Source: Euglena gracilis
Taxonomy: Eukaryota
NCBI GenBank assembly: GCA_039621445.1
Contig: CP154954.1
Location: forward strand, 24,502,954 to 24,566,953
Length of the DNA: 64,000 bases
Direction: 5' to 3'
Numbering within the stretch: the stretch's first letter is position 1; every line of letters begins with the position of its first letter. Made by a program: the position numbers and the translations under genes. Below the pieces are notes generated by a model. It was not told the origin of the DNA. It saw only the letters and a list, made by a program, of their open reading frames with translations, and made no database searches. Of the stretch, positions 60,698 to 64,000 are shown one piece after another.

Positions 60698-62679
60698 TAA
60701 ATGTCAATTTATACCAATATACACATGACGTGAAGTGCCAAAGGATATTTTTTGATGTTTTTTAGGAACCTGGAAAAATTTCAGGCCCCAATCCAAAAAT
60801 AGGAGCCCCCAAAATAAGACCCCCCTGGAGGTTTGCAGCAACAGACCCGAAAAATAAGACCCGGGTTTTTTTGGGGGGTTTACCCCCAGGAGGTTGGGTC
60901 TGGGTGCCTTTGAATGCCTGCCCAGGCAGGTACCCCCCCCCCCCGGGTGGGGTTGACCTCACCTTGAAATTCAGCCTGGGGCTGGCAAGCTGGATTAGCA
61001 ACATCCCCATTGGGGGGGTTGCCTTGGCTGGGTTGGGCCGAAATTGGGATACCTTTTTTTATTTATTTCTTCCTCCTTTTTAATTATTATACATTTTTTT
61101 TAAAAAAAATTATAAATGAAAAGGAGGAAGAAATTCCTTTTTTGAATCCCCCATTTTTTTGTTTCTCATTAAATTTTCTTTTTACAAGAGGGGGTCCAGA
61201 CCAGGGGTTTTTTTAAAGGTTGGACCCCGGTGGGGAGGGGATAAGGTGGGTGGGTTTGCCAGACAATCTCCCGGCCTGACGCCTCTCACCGCCTTTCACC
61301 GCCTGGGGGGTACTCCAAGGGCCTTGTGGGCCCCTTCCAGAGGCGGGGGTTTGGGCCATTGCCGCTTTTTTTTTTTTGACCCTAAAAGTGACCCCCCAAA
61401 AAATGGTTCCCCTCCCCGAGTGTACCCCCTGGCTGGGTGGGTTGGGACTCCCCTCCCCCCCTTGGCCTTAAAAAAATCTCTTGTTGGGGCTTAGGGCTCA
61501 TTGAGCACCTCCGATTTGTTTCCCCAGCCTTCTGGCCTATCCCACAGTGTCAGGTCTTGATTGGCACCGCCAATGAGGTGCTTTCCACACTGGGTCTCTT
61601 GTGGGCAGGGTTGCTGCGATACCGATGGGTCGAGACCTGACCGGCGAATGGATGGATGGGACGGCCGCGTGCCTGGGTCATTTTCTGTCACACCCAAAAC
61701 GAGCTGGAGGTCAACCCAGTCACAGTGAGTTGTTAAAAGCAATGTCTGTATGTTTGCTCGGGGAAATGCTGAACTGGGGCCCCAGGGGGGGGTGTTATTT
61801 GGGGGGGTGCGTTATTCTTACATGGAAAACCAGAGGAAAACAGGGGGGGGGGGTGTTATTTGGGCGCTCGAAATTGGCCGCCGAGGGGGGGGTGTTATTT
61901 GGGAGGGGGTTTTACCTTATCCAACCCGCCCCCCAAATAGGACCCCCCCCCAAAAATAACCCCCCCCTGGGCCGATCGAGCAAAAATCCAAAAATAAGAC
62001 CCCCCTTACGGCGCGAAGCGCCGGAGATGGTGAAAAGTTTCCCTGAAAAATTACCAAAAACCTCATGAGGGACATCACTGCCAACCGCTTTCCGTCGAAC
62101 TTGATGGAGAAAGGCCGAGAATGCCCTGCGAGTTGAATGCCCGATTGATGTGTCGGTGGTTCTTTGCGCAAAGTCGAAACACTTTTTGCAACTCAGCTTC
62201 CCATCGGTGAAGCCATTGCAACACGTTGGGGATCGTCGCAACCGTTGCGTTGTGCTGGCGGGCGGCCCCACAACGCACCCGTTCCAAACCGCTGGCACAT
62301 GACTCATACAGGCGTGGGTGTCACTCTCCGCCTGACCAAAGGCCTCCCGCCCATTTCCACTCGCCCTTCGCCGACTGCCTCGGCTCGGAAGTTTCATCCT
62401 TTACATTCACCTGGGACGTTTCCCAAGGGGGGTTGGCCTTTTTGTCCCCAGTTCACTCATCTTGGCTATCTGGGGTCAGCCTAATTTTTTTCCCAAGGTT
62501 TGCACGTGGGCGGGTTGGTTCGAGTTTTGTTGGGGAGACCCGCCCAGGGGGGGGGGGGGAGTGATCCAGGTTTTAAAAACTTTGGGTGGGCTTTTGGTGG
62601 AGTGGATGGGTGTGGGAAGGTGGCAGGTGGCCTGCCTTGTGGAACTGCCCCTTCCCCGCTGAGGGCATCACCCATATGA

Positions 62680-62815
62680 ATCTCTGGTCCCCTCCGCGGC
62701 TTTCGACCGGGAGGCCCTCCCTGGGTTGCCTCGCTGCCGTCAGCGCCGCGGAGGGTGGATCTCTCCCGCCACCTGTGACAGCCCGTCGCCTGCATCTGTA
62801 CAAAATGTTGCTTGA
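62680..62815 (+). CDS. Paralog 3, downstream exon containing LAAVSAAEG
   Basis: CCCTCCGCGGCTTTCGACC shared exactly with ~21750; LAAVSAAEG vs LAAVIAAEG differ mainly at third codon positions. Borders uncertain. Confidence 0.55.
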
Positions 62816-64000
62816 AACTTTTTTCATTAATCTATTTGTTCATTTTCAAGGGGGGATTGGAGGTGTGTAATGGAGGTGATGAGATGATTCATTTCTATCT
62901 CCCCCCATTTCGCAGGTTTTAGCTGTTTCCCAGGTTTGCCGGCTTCTGGTTTGCTTTGACTTTCTTTTTCTTCACATTTTCCTGGGATTTCAAGTATTTG
63001 ACATATTTAGCTATCCTGATTGCTGAATGGCTTGAGAGAGTTAACAAAATCATGCCACAATGGAGTCTGTTTCGATCCGCAAGGCAAGCTGTGTGGCTGG
63101 CCGTTCCACTTTCGCCCCCAATGCTACCGGTCTGCAGCACCAGGCGCACCGTCAGGCAGGCACGGTGGTGGCCTGGCCCAGGTCTTGCGACCCCGTCCAG
63201 GGGCACCCGCTACAGGCGACCCCTCCCCCCACGTCGTGACCTTGCCCTCCCCCCCCCCTGCGCTCCTCACCTGTGTCAGGTGGCAGGGCATACCGTGCGG
63301 TGGCTTCTTTGGGACGTTCATTCCCCGGATTTCTCTTTGGCCTCGCTGTCCGCGAACATTGAACCCCTGAGGGGCATTTGTGCCCCCCCCCCCGAGGATG
63401 AAATCTGTGCTCGTTTATGTTGAGGGGAATTTATCCTGTCTGGAAGCGACGTGGCTGCAGCAAAAGAACTGAAGAGTTGAATTCAAAACTGAAGAAAAGC
63501 TGCATTACGAATGAACTCACTGATCCAATTACCCCCCCTCCACCTTTCTCAGGGGTTGTCATTTGGGCTCGGAAGACCTCCACGTGATACACAATTTTCT
63601 GATTGTGAAGGGGAGAACACGTTCAAAATGAAGTATTTTTTGTTGATTTTTCTGCTGTTCTAGCTGTTTGTAGTGCTTTTGGTGGGTGGGACACGATTTT
63701 TTGTTTTTTTTTCCTGTTCTCCCAGTGGGACTCTTTGGCACAATGCCTAAGGTGTTTGATTTGTAGGTGTCTGAAGGATCTGGCAATATGCAGTTTGTTT
63801 TGTGGCCACATTTGCACCCACACCTGGCCCCCTTTTCAGAGATTTGGTATTCCTTCGAACTGAAATGATTGATTGGATTTTGATGGTTGACCCCTTTCCC
63901 TTTTTTACCTGTTTTGGGAAGGTAATAATTATTTTATGATATTATACATTGTATGCGTGATATAGTTTATGTGATGGATATCATGCAGATATATTCTTCT

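Overview
Repeat-dense eukaryotic nuclear DNA with no recognisable rRNA, tRNA, CRISPR array or prokaryotic operon. C-rich tract+AG sites 7-11 nt before the ATGs, GC-AG donors and abundant hairpin-ended insertions suggest a euglenid-type genome (inference). Main contents: (1) three tandem, same-strand, intron-rich paralogous genes or pseudogenes starting MGC(A)xS at 4653, 24435 and 38028 and sharing downstream exon motifs; (2) a 6018-bp decayed DNA transposon (25466-31483) with ~50-bp CTTAGG TIRs, a 5-bp TSD, an Academ-like DDE transposase and a second ORF with PIN/NYN-like and Cys-finger-like motifs, lying in an intron of paralog 2; (3) many nested MITEs of two classes, CA..TG ends with 7-8-bp TSDs (hAT-like) and poly-C/poly-G TIRs with TA TSDs (Tc1/mariner-like); (4) LINE RT and Tc1 transposase fragments and long microsatellites. 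One 8-bp-TSD MITE (47236-47674) interrupts an open frame with the geometry of a euglenid nonconventional intron. All family assignments come from motif recognition by eye, not from database searches.
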